This document shows, in pieces, positions 1 through 7,583 of a stretch of 15,543 bases of DNA. The DNA comes from Candidatus Eiseniibacteriota bacterium. Lineage in GTDB: Bacteria; Eisenbacteria; RBG-16-71-46; CAZEPH01. Position 1 is the stretch's first letter. The number at the start of each line of letters is the position of its first letter. The stretch lies in NCBI GenBank assembly GCA_044229145.1, contig JBGATO010000085.1, positions 1 to 15,543 of the forward strand, read 5' to 3'. The position numbers and the translations under genes were made by a program. The notes beneath the pieces are model-generated. The model ran no database searches and was not told the DNA's origin. It saw only the letters and a list, made by a program, of their open reading frames with translations.

Positions 1-84
1 CGGGCCATCTGTCACCGCCCGCGCGTGCAGGTGGCGCGGCGGCCGTTGCCGCGCGCAGCCTGACGCGCGCGTTCGCGACACGAC

Positions 85-117
85 AGACGGGGCGGGCCTT
101 CGCGGCTCGCCCCGTTT
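85..117. terminator. GC-rich hairpin, probable intrinsic terminator, possibly shared by convergent genes
   Basis: Arms ACGGGGCGGGCC (87-98) and GGCTCGCCCCGT (104-115) with one G-U pair on the + strand, a 5-nt loop and only a short T run. It lies about 20 nt beyond the stop of the last minus-strand gene (139) and just after a + strand TGA at 61-63. Confidence 0.6.
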
Positions 118-138
118 CGCATGTGCGTCGGTGGAAGG

Positions 139-1317
139 CTACGCGGCGCGGGTGCGTTGCGGTTCCGCCCCGCGGATCTCGTCGGCGGTCTCGCGCCAGT
201 CGTCGAGCCGGGCCGCGACGCCGCGCGAGTGGGCAAAGGCCCGCATGCGGTCGGCTTCGTCTTCGGGCAAGACGGATTCGTTGAGCAGGCTCTCGGCGAG
301 ATATGCGATGCCGGCGGTGGTGAGGCCGAGCGCCGCTTCGCGCCACGGTTCGGCGTGGTAGAGCACACCGCGTACGATGCCGGTCGGCAGTCCCCACACG
401 GCGAGGAGATAGGCGCCGACCTGTGCTGCGTCGAAGCCGAGCGCCAGACAGTCGGCGCGCGACGACACCTGTGACTTCCCGGAGGGCAGCGGTTCGGTGG
501 GCTGCGGGGCCACGCTGCTGTGCCGCACCACCAAGATGCCGAGGTCGCGCAGCAAGGTGGCGGTGAAGGCGTCTTCGTTGCCGCGCTCGCGGCCGATCTG
601 CCGCGCCAGCCGCGCCACCGTGTGCGCGTCCACCGTCTCCATGTCGCTGGGGTCGCGCGACAACGCCCCGAACACCTCAGATGCCGCCACCAGCGAGTGC
701 AGCGTGCGATAGCCGATGTGGGCGATCGCCGCGCCGAGGTCGCTGATGTGCGAGCCCATGCCGAAGAACGCGCTGTTCGCCAGGTGCAGGACGCGCCCCG
801 AGATGACTTCATCGCGCTCGACGATGTCGGCAACCCGCGTCATCGTCACCTCGGGTCGCAACAGTGCTTGGGTGAGTGCGAAGTAGACGCGTGGTCGCGG
901 CGGCAACTGGCTCACCCCGCCGACCAACGCGCGCAATGTCGCGTCGCCGAACAAGCCGGTGAGGTCACTCACGCCGCTGAGCATGCGCAGGAGCAGGGTG
1001 GCGTCGAGACGGTCGGTCACGAGTTGGTGCGCCACCGCCAGCGCGCGCCGCGGCGCATCCTCGTCGTCGCCACGCGCCAGCATCACGCGCACGGTGGACG
1101 GCGACATCTCCTGGACGCGGCGCAGGAACTCGGCACCGTCCATCGCCGGCATGCGCAGCGGCGCGAACACGACGTCCGGCGGCTTCGCTGCGATCGCTTC
1201 CAAGCCGCGATCGCCGTCGGGCTCCCACTGCAGCACCCAGCGATCGTCGAACGCCATCTGGCGCTGCAACGTGGTGAAGTCCTCCTGACTGCGTCCCACG
1301 AACAACAGAGAATTCAT
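139..1317 (-). CDS. Pseudo-receiver + HDOD domain signalling protein (392 aa)
   Basis: REC-like N-terminus (LRMPAMDGAEFL) with the acidic pair, phospho-Asp, Thr/Ser and Lys all replaced. HDOD motifs present: LPPRP, IVERD..ISGRVLHLANSAFFG, LLRDLG, GAYLLAVWGLP..IV..VLYH. GAGGAG RBS upstream. Confidence 0.9.
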   Translation of the reverse strand: MNSLLFVGRSQEDFTTLQRQMAFDDRWVLQWEPDGDRGLEAIAAKPPDVVFAPLRMPAMDGAEFLRRVQEMSPSTVRVMLARGDDEDAPRRALAVAHQLVTDRLDATLLLRMLSGVSDLTGLFGDATLRALVGGVSQLPPRPRVYFALTQALLRPEVTMTRVADIVERDEVISGRVLHLANSAFFGMGSHISDLGAAIAHIGYRTLHSLVAASEVFGALSRDPSDMETVDAHTVARLARQIGRERGNEDAFTATLLRDLGILVVRHSSVAPQPTEPLPSGKSQVSSRADCLALGFDAAQVGAYLLAVWGLPTGIVRGVLYHAEPWREAALGLTTAGIAYLAESLLNESVLPEDEADRMRAFAHSRGVAARLDDWRETADEIRGAEPQRTRAA

Positions 1318-1349
1318 GCTGTCTCCTCAGGCCCGGACCGTGGCCTAGA

Positions 1350-2504
1350 CTATCGCACCTCGGCGATCCCTCGTGTCTCTTCCACGATGATCCCGGCTTC
1401 ACAGCGCCACCCGTCCAGTCGATCCTCGACTCCCAGCGCCTCTGCGTATTGCTGAACCGCACGTGCTTCGTCGAGCGTCAGGTCGCGGAGGAGTGATTCC
1501 GCGAACCACACGATGCTCCCTACCGACATCCCCCGTACCGGTTCGCTGTACGGCGTCGCGTGATAGAGCACGCCGCGCACGAGTGCCACGGGCAATCCCC
1601 ACATTGCCAGGAGATAGGCTCCCGCTTCGGCGTGATCGAATCCCACTGCCGTACGTTCGTGAAAGTGGAGGAGTGCGTGTGGCAGGGCGGGATCATCCGC
1701 GCCTGGCCCGGGGTGCACGATGTGAAGGCCAATATCTCGTAGCAGCGCGGCGGTGAATGCATCATGGCAGCCCACCTGCTGGCCGATGAACCGTGCCAGG
1801 CATGCGCACGCGTGAGGATCGACCACTGTGCCGTTGGTGCCATCAGGGAATTGGGCAAGGATCTCACACGCCGCGACGATGGACTGCAGCGAGGTGAATC
1901 CGATCTGCGCGACCGCCGCGTCCAGCGATGCGACCTGGCGCCGCGCGCCGAAATAGGCGCTGTTGGCGAGTTGGAGGACGCGTCCCGCGATGACGGGGTC
2001 ATGCTCGACGATGGCTGTCACCTCGGCGACGGTGACGCTCGGGCGCACCAGTGCTTCGGTCAAGGCCCAGTAGGTCAGTGGGCGGGTGGGCAGCGATTTC
2101 AATTTCCCGACCGCTGCCTGCAATCCGGCGTGCGAGAGCAGTTGCCGAAGGTCACGGACGGCGTCGAGGACGGCGTGCAACGTGTCTCCCTGCAACGGCT
2201 TCGGTACGAACTGATGCGCGACAGATGCAGCGCAGCGCACGGCCGCGGCGTCATCGGGTCCCGCAAGCAAGACGCGGATCGCGGTCGGATGTGTCGCTTG
2301 CGTGCGGAGGAGGAATTCGGCGCCGTCCATCCCCGGCATGCGCATGTCGGCGAGGACGACATCGGCGGGGGCGGCGTCGAGCGCCATGAGTCCCTCGACT
2401 CCTGAAGCGGCGGTACGCACATGCCACTCTTCGCATCGCGAGAACAGCCGCGCGAGATCAGCACAAACGGTGGGAGAATCGTCGACCACGAGAAGTTCCG
2501 TCAT
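1350..2504 (-). CDS. Response regulator, REC + HDOD (384 aa)
   Basis: LLVVDD, VVLADMRMPGMDG and FVPKP in the receiver. HDOD motifs LPTRP, DPVIAGRVLQLANSAYFG, LLRDIG, GFDHAEAGAYLLAMWGLP. AAAGG RBS-like sequence upstream. Confidence 0.92.
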   Translation of the reverse strand: MTELLVVDDSPTVCADLARLFSRCEEWHVRTAASGVEGLMALDAAPADVVLADMRMPGMDGAEFLLRTQATHPTAIRVLLAGPDDAAAVRCAASVAHQFVPKPLQGDTLHAVLDAVRDLRQLLSHAGLQAAVGKLKSLPTRPLTYWALTEALVRPSVTVAEVTAIVEHDPVIAGRVLQLANSAYFGARRQVASLDAAVAQIGFTSLQSIVAACEILAQFPDGTNGTVVDPHACACLARFIGQQVGCHDAFTAALLRDIGLHIVHPGPGADDPALPHALLHFHERTAVGFDHAEAGAYLLAMWGLPVALVRGVLYHATPYSEPVRGMSVGSIVWFAESLLRDLTLDEARAVQQYAEALGVEDRLDGWRCEAGIIVEETRGIAEVR

Positions 2505-2601
2505 ATACGACCTTTCAGATGCGCGACGTCAGCGGATGCGGTCGGCGTGTCACGCCCAGCGGAGAGCCGCCCACGCACCGCACCCCTGCGGGGTCGGCGC
2601 A

Positions 2602-3735
2602 TCACGCCGCGAGCCTCACACGAATCAATGGGGTGAGTTGTTGCTGGGATGCGAAAGATTGCAGCAAGCGGATCCCCGCGAGTGTGACTGGCTGCCCTGC
2701 CGGCGCGAGTAGCATGCCAGAGACAGAGAGAATGTCCTCATCGAGGACCATGCCAGCCGACAGGTCACGCGGATGCATGGCGATCACGCGCTGGGTCTCG
2801 ACATCCAGCGCGGTGAGCTGGGGCAACGCGGCAAGCAGCCGGCTGTCCATCCACCCGAACCCCGCGCGTACGAGTTCGACTGCGCGGGGGAGCGGGATGC
2901 CAGTCGTGACCCGGCGGTCCACTTCGAGGGCGGCGCGCAGGACTTGTGCATGCAGCCCGAGGTCTGGAGCTTCTGCGGCGAGTTGTTTGAGTTGGGATTC
3001 CTCGGATTGAAAGCGACGGATCACCGCGGCAGCCTTTTCCAATCGCGGAATCGGAGACAGCAAGCCGAAGGCAATCTCCGGATGCGATGCGTACTCCTCG
3101 ATTTCCTCCGTGCTGAGCGGCTGCATCGCGTGTGCGCGCGCCACGGTTTCGGGTCGCAACGCGATGCATCCGAGGTGGGACAGTTGCGCCGCCACTTCCA
3201 GCGACCACTGCTCGTCGAGGTCCAGCGCGGCCGCCAACTCGCCGGCGTAGTGCGCCATGTGGGCTGCGCGCCCGAACGCCACGGGAGTCGCCAGACTGAG
3301 GGCGTGCGCTAGCATCTCCACCACCGCGCGTACCGTGTGATCGAGCATGTCTCGCTCCACGCTGCGCAAGCGCGCCAGCTCTAATCCGTCGGCGAGGATG
3401 GACTCGAGCCGTTCCGGCGGACAGGGCTTCGTGAGGAAGCGCCAAATCTGTCCCTGATTCACGGCCGCGATGGCGGATTCGACGTCCGCTTGCCCCGTGA
3501 GCAAGATCCGGATGACGCTCGGAAAACGCTCGCGGACCGCGGTGAGGAATTGCGCGCCATCCATGCCCGGCATGCGCATGTCGGATACCACCACGGCAAT
3601 GTCGACGCACGCCTCAAGCGTTGCGAGGCCTTCCGCACCTCCGCACGCGGTGAGGACGTCGTACTCGAATCCGAGGGCACGTTCCATGCCCTCCAGCAGG
3701 TGGGGATCGTCATCGACGAACAGAATCCGGCTCAT
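2602..3735 (-). CDS. Response regulator, REC + degenerate HD-GYP-like (RpfG-type) domain (377 aa)
   Basis: Start reassigned from 4194 to the ATG at 3735 (MSRILFVDDD), which overlaps the upstream stop as ATGA. Canonical REC (DD, SDMRMP, LTG, TKP). HD-fold region AAQLSHLGCIAL...YASHPEIAFGLLSPIPRLEKAA. C-terminal DLSAGMVLDEDI...GMLLAPAG module. Confidence 0.88.
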   Translation of the reverse strand: MSRILFVDDDPHLLEGMERALGFEYDVLTACGGAEGLATLEACVDIAVVVSDMRMPGMDGAQFLTAVRERFPSVIRILLTGQADVESAIAAVNQGQIWRFLTKPCPPERLESILADGLELARLRSVERDMLDHTVRAVVEMLAHALSLATPVAFGRAAHMAHYAGELAAALDLDEQWSLEVAAQLSHLGCIALRPETVARAHAMQPLSTEEIEEYASHPEIAFGLLSPIPRLEKAAAVIRRFQSEESQLKQLAAEAPDLGLHAQVLRAALEVDRRVTTGIPLPRAVELVRAGFGWMDSRLLAALPQLTALDVETQRVIAMHPRDLSAGMVLDEDILSVSGMLLAPAGQPVTLAGIRLLQSFASQQQLTPLIRVRLAA

Positions 3736-4895
3736 GCCGCTGCATCTCCTACGTTCGAAGCTTCGCCCATCGCTGCAGCACGTGCACGCCAGCGCGGAAG
3801 GTGCTGCACCACGTCGGCATGCGCGGCGAAGGTGTCCACATCGGCTTCCGCTGCCGCAGATCGCCGCTCTCGCAGGAGTGCCTCGGCGAGCCACGCGACG
3901 TGTGCAATCGATGGAAAGGATTGAGGGGCTCTCAGAGGTTCGGCGTGATAGAGCACACCGCGCACGAGTGATAGGGGAAGTCCCCACACGGCGAGCAAGT
4001 ACGCGCCCGCTTCGGCGTGGGTGAATCCCCAGGTCTCGCGCTCCATCGTGTGAATGCCCGCGTGGACCGGCGCTTCCGTCCCCGTGAGCCCGTCGGTAGT
4101 CATCGTCAAGCGGCCAAGATCGCGCAGGAGGGTAGGCACGAAGGCATTCTCGACTGCGAGATCGCGTCCGATCGTCATGGCGAGTTGCGCGCATTCGTAG
4201 GGGTCGACGTCATTGACGCCCCACTGCTCCGGCTCGCCGGTGTGCGAGAACAATTCGCACGCGGCGACCAGCGAATGCAGGGCGGTGTACCCGATGTGAC
4301 CGATCGCCGTCTCGAGACTCGTGGTCTCCTGTTGCAGTGCGAAAAACGCGCTGTTGGCCACGTGGAGCACGCGGCTCGCGATAACCGGATCGCGGGCGAC
4401 GATGTCGGAGACGGCGCGGATGCTGACAGCCGGATCGAGCAACACTTCGGTCAACGCGAGGTAGGCACTCGGCCGCGCAGGGAGCTGGCGCACGGAACCG
4501 ATCAAGGCTTGCAATCCCGTGTTGCTAAGCAATTCGCGCAGGTCGCGGACCTGCCCGAAGACGTGCTCCAGAACCGCCGCATCGCACGGCTTGTGCAAAA
4601 ATTGATGGGCGACGGGAACCGCGCGCCGTGCTGCTTCTACATCGGTGTGACCGGAGAGGATGATGCGAATGCAACGGGGGTGCAGCACCTGAACGTGACG
4701 CAGCAACTCGGCGCCATCCATGCCAGGCATGCGCATGTCCGACACCACGACATCGATCGGGTGCTGCTCGAAGAGGTCGAGCGCGGCTTCTCCCGAGGAT
4801 GCCGTGTAGACCTCCCACGATTCGTCGAACGCGAGCAGCCGCTCGAGGGCGGCGAGGACGTCCGGCTCGTCGTCGACAAACAAGAGATGGCTCAT
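3732..4895 (-). CDS. Response regulator, REC + HDOD (387 aa)
   Basis: Start reassigned from 5117 to the ATG at 4895 (MSHLLFVDDE), with ATGA overlap on the kinase stop. Canonical REC (DD, SDMRMP, LSG, HKP). HDOD motifs DPVIASRVLHVANSAFF, LLRDLG, GFTHAEAGAYLLAVWGLP. Confidence 0.92.
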   Translation of the reverse strand: MSHLLFVDDEPDVLAALERLLAFDESWEVYTASSGEAALDLFEQHPIDVVVSDMRMPGMDGAELLRHVQVLHPRCIRIILSGHTDVEAARRAVPVAHQFLHKPCDAAVLEHVFGQVRDLRELLSNTGLQALIGSVRQLPARPSAYLALTEVLLDPAVSIRAVSDIVARDPVIASRVLHVANSAFFALQQETTSLETAIGHIGYTALHSLVAACELFSHTGEPEQWGVNDVDPYECAQLAMTIGRDLAVENAFVPTLLRDLGRLTMTTDGLTGTEAPVHAGIHTMERETWGFTHAEAGAYLLAVWGLPLSLVRGVLYHAEPLRAPQSFPSIAHVAWLAEALLRERRSAAAEADVDTFAAHADVVQHLPRWRARAAAMGEASNVGDAAA

Positions 4896-5269
4896 GCGGC
4901 CTCCGCCAGCGACTCGCCGGCATCCATGAACAGCGGGAGCGAAATCGCGAAGGTCGTCCCGACACCGACGTCCGTGGTGACGTCGATTCGGCCCTTGTGC
5001 TGCCCGACGATGACCGAGTGCGCGAGGGACAACCCTTGGCCGCTTCCGCGCCCGACTTCCTTCGTAGTGTAGAAGGGTTCGAAGATGCGGGGGAGGACGT
5101 GTGCCGGAATCCCGCATCCGGTGTCACTGATGGCGATGACCATCCGCTCGGCGTCCGCTGTGGCGCGGATGACGATTTCACCCTTGTCCTGCGTCCGGTT
5201 TTCCCGCACGAGGCGATCTTCAATCGCGTGCGCTGCATTCACTACCAGGTTCACGAGCACCTGATTCAC
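4892..5269 (-). pseudogene. HATPase_c (catalytic) C-terminal fragment of the upstream histidine kinase
   Basis: N box NQVLVNLVVNAAHAI, G1 box ISDTGCGIP, F box IFEPFYTTK, G2 box GRGSGQGLS. Kinase-like residues (GDVVCIADA) continue upstream of the GTG in the same frame, so this is a fragment rather than an independent gene. Confidence 0.8.
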
Positions 5270-6639
5270 CGCATCCGCAATGCAAACGACATCCCCGTCT
5301 TGCGCGGGACGCGGCCGCTCGGATGTGCGAACTCCTTCATCGCACGCACGATTTCACTGACGCGGTGCACGCCATCGCGGGTCTGTGCCAAGGCGGCGGG
5401 GATCTGCGCGAGCGCCTTGTCAACCTTGGGGTCTCGGAGCCCCCCAATAACCGTGGCGGGCACAAGCACGGCGGCACCTGAGTTCCCGGCACACGCGTCG
5501 CGCGCGGCCTCGAGCGGTGCGGCGAGGATGGCGAATGCGCGTTCAAGGAAATGGACGTTGTCACCGATAAACTGCGTGGGAGTGTTGATTTCGTGCGCGA
5601 TGCCGGAGGCCAGCTGCCCAATCGCCTCTAACTTCTGCGCCTGCCGCAGTTGAATCTCCATCGCCTTCTGCCGGTCGCCGGCCGCCCGTCGCTCGGTGAT
5701 GTCTTCGAACATCGCGTAGGTGAGGAGCGGATTCCCCAGACTGTCGTCGACCCGGACGATCGTGGACTTGACCCAGATTTCGCTTCCCGACGCGGAGGCG
5801 AGTGGGACTTGGTCGTGGCCCAGTTCAGTAGATCCGGCCGCCAGTTGTTGCATGCGCCATTCGAGTGTCGCCCGGCCATCGGTTCTCGCGAGGTCGAGAA
5901 AAGGGCGGCCGATGAGCTCATGCGGCGTTCGGCCGAGCATCTGCGCCAACATCGCGTTGCAATGCAGGATGCGCGCGCTGTCGTCCACGGCGCAAATGCC
6001 CACTGGCGAGTTGTCGAACATCGACCGCATTTGCTTTTCACTTGCCTCGATTGCATCGGTGAACCGGGCGTGTTCGCTAATGTCAGTCGCGGAAAAGATG
6101 GCCCCAGTGACGGAATTTCCCACGACAACCGGGCGCAGATGCAAATCCCAGACGGCGTCACTCTCGCCGGCGCGCGAGAGGCGCATGCGGTGATCGTGCG
6201 GCAGGCACAATTGCCACATGCCTTGCAGTCCGACATGCATATTGCCGCGGCTGTCGACCGGCATGATGTCCAACACATGTGCGCCAATCGCGACCGGCGC
6301 CGCGAACGTCGCAGGGCGATTGAACCACCGAATGCGAGAGTCCGGGCCGAGGAAAAGAATCACTTGGGGAAGCGCGTCGAGGAGCGACACCCATTGGCTC
6401 TCACGTGCCATCAGGCGTGCCTCGATCTCCTTGCGTCCGTCGAGTTCCCGCTGCAGGGCTGCGTAACGAGCCGTTAGCTCTTCGCTCATCAAATCCATCG
6501 CGCGATTGCGGAGGCGGTCCTCCTCGTCGGTAGACGTGTACGATTCGTCGATGGCGCGGAAGAACGCCGCCCAGGCGGGATCGCAATCCGCGCCGGGCGG
6601 AAGGTGACGTGCAATCTGACGGGTCAGAAGTGCATGCAT
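5266..6639 (-). CDS. Soluble PAS-PAS sensor histidine kinase, N-terminal part including the H box; frame broken before the ATPase domain
   Basis: Two PAS-like segments (LLDALPQVILFLG...FSATDISE and MFDNSPVGICAVD...FEDITERR). H box QAQKLEAIGQLASGIAHEINTPTQF. No obvious transmembrane helix. The ORF ends in non-homologous residues after MKEFAHP. Confidence 0.85.
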   Translation of the reverse strand: MHALLTRQIARHLPPGADCDPAWAAFFRAIDESYTSTDEEDRLRNRAMDLMSEELTARYAALQRELDGRKEIEARLMARESQWVSLLDALPQVILFLGPDSRIRWFNRPATFAAPVAIGAHVLDIMPVDSRGNMHVGLQGMWQLCLPHDHRMRLSRAGESDAVWDLHLRPVVVGNSVTGAIFSATDISEHARFTDAIEASEKQMRSMFDNSPVGICAVDDSARILHCNAMLAQMLGRTPHELIGRPFLDLARTDGRATLEWRMQQLAAGSTELGHDQVPLASASGSEIWVKSTIVRVDDSLGNPLLTYAMFEDITERRAAGDRQKAMEIQLRQAQKLEAIGQLASGIAHEINTPTQFIGDNVHFLERAFAILAAPLEAARDACAGNSGAAVLVPATVIGGLRDPKVDKALAQIPAALAQTRDGVHRVSEIVRAMKEFAHPSGRVPRKTGMSFALRMR

Positions 6640-6658
6640 CGGCGCCTCGGGGTTCAGC

Positions 6659-7525
6659 CTATCGCAAGAAATCGATCAATCGGGTTTGCAGCACGCGGCT
6701 CATCGAGGCATACGCCTGTTCGAGTGCGTTCTGGGTGGCGATCAGCGACACCGCGGTTTCCGTCGGATCGGCGTCCTGGATCGCGTGCAACCGGTCGCCG
6801 AGCTCCACCGAGCGCTGCGCCTGCTGCGTCGACGTCGACTCGATTTCGCTCAGGCGGATGCCGATCTGCGCCTGCGAGGTGAGCAGATCCGTCGACGCCC
6901 CTTGCAGGCTGGAGATGGTGCCTTGCACGTCCTGCGAGGTGCCGGTGGTCAGCGCGTTGGTGAGCGAGGTGAGCGCATCGAGGCTGCTGGTGAACAGTTG
7001 GCGGCCGGTGTGATTGGTGGCCACCGTCATGCCGCTGTCGATCTCGGTGCGGCGCACCAGGTCGTCGCCGATGTAGGTGCCGTTGGGATCGAACGCGATG
7101 CTGGTGGTTTCGGCGCCGCCGAAGATGTACTGCTCGCCGACTCGGGTATTGCCGAGGGAGATGATTTGATCGCGCAACGCCTGGATCTGCTCCAAGGCGG
7201 TGGCGCGCGCAGGGTCGTTGGGATCGTCGGAGGAGATGCCGGACGCGACCTCCTGGGCCGTCTGCATCAATTCCTGCACGGTGTCGAGCACCGCATTCTC
7301 GGTATTCATCTTGGTGGTCGCGTCGGCGGCGTTGCGCCGGTACTGCTCGATGTCGCGCAGGTGGCTGTTGAGGCCCATGATCTGCGCCGCGTCCACCGGA
7401 TTGTCCGAGACCGTGGTGATCCTCTTCTGGGTGGCCGATTGATTCTGGAGCCGGGCGAGCGTCGACAACGTCGATCGCAGATTGTTCATCGCCGACTGGT
7501 GCAGCATGGCTGTCGAGACGCGCAT
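6659..7525 (-). CDS. flgL: Flagellar hook-associated protein 3 (hook-filament junction), 288 aa
   Basis: MRVST N-terminus, ATQKRI...SDNPVDA, the FlgL-type GEQYIFGG motif and a flagellin-family C-terminus (AQIGIRL...IQDAD...ALEQAY...LIDFLR). GGAGG RBS upstream. Confidence 0.9.
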   Translation of the reverse strand: MRVSTAMLHQSAMNNLRSTLSTLARLQNQSATQKRITTVSDNPVDAAQIMGLNSHLRDIEQYRRNAADATTKMNTENAVLDTVQELMQTAQEVASGISSDDPNDPARATALEQIQALRDQIISLGNTRVGEQYIFGGAETTSIAFDPNGTYIGDDLVRRTEIDSGMTVATNHTGRQLFTSSLDALTSLTNALTTGTSQDVQGTISSLQGASTDLLTSQAQIGIRLSEIESTSTQQAQRSVELGDRLHAIQDADPTETAVSLIATQNALEQAYASMSRVLQTRLIDFLR

Positions 7526-7556
7526 CTTCCCCTCCTGGCCGACCGTTCGCTTCTAT

Positions 7557-7583
7557 ATATCGGCGAATCCCGCGGCGCCTAAA
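7557..7583 (-). promoter_or_regulatory. Putative sigma28 (FliA) promoter for flgL
   Basis: Minus strand reads TTTA-N15-GCCGATAT versus the consensus TAAA-N15-GCCGATAA: 7/8 match at -10, exact spacing, weak -35. It ends about 30 nt upstream of the flgL ATG. Confidence 0.65.

Noticed and set aside
1..63. Open + strand frame ending in TGA at 61-63 (RAICHRPRVQVARRPLPRAA), possibly the tail of a convergent gene
   Set aside because: Only 20 codons with no recognisable motif; it cannot be supported as a CDS from this window.
3736..4194. N-terminal extension of the 530-aa ORF in the ORF track
   Set aside because: It overlaps the upstream REC-HDOD gene in another frame; homology starts at MSRILFVDDD (3735) with an ATGA overlap.
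2320..4745. Recurring near-identical DNA stretch (gccatccatgcc.ggcatgcgcatgtc) near 2325, 3555 and 4715
   Set aside because: It encodes the conserved DMRMPGMDG receiver motif in paralogous genes; it is not a repeat element or CRISPR array.
4896..5117. N-terminal extension of the 461-aa ORF
   Set aside because: It overlaps the HATPase coding frame; the real start is 4895.
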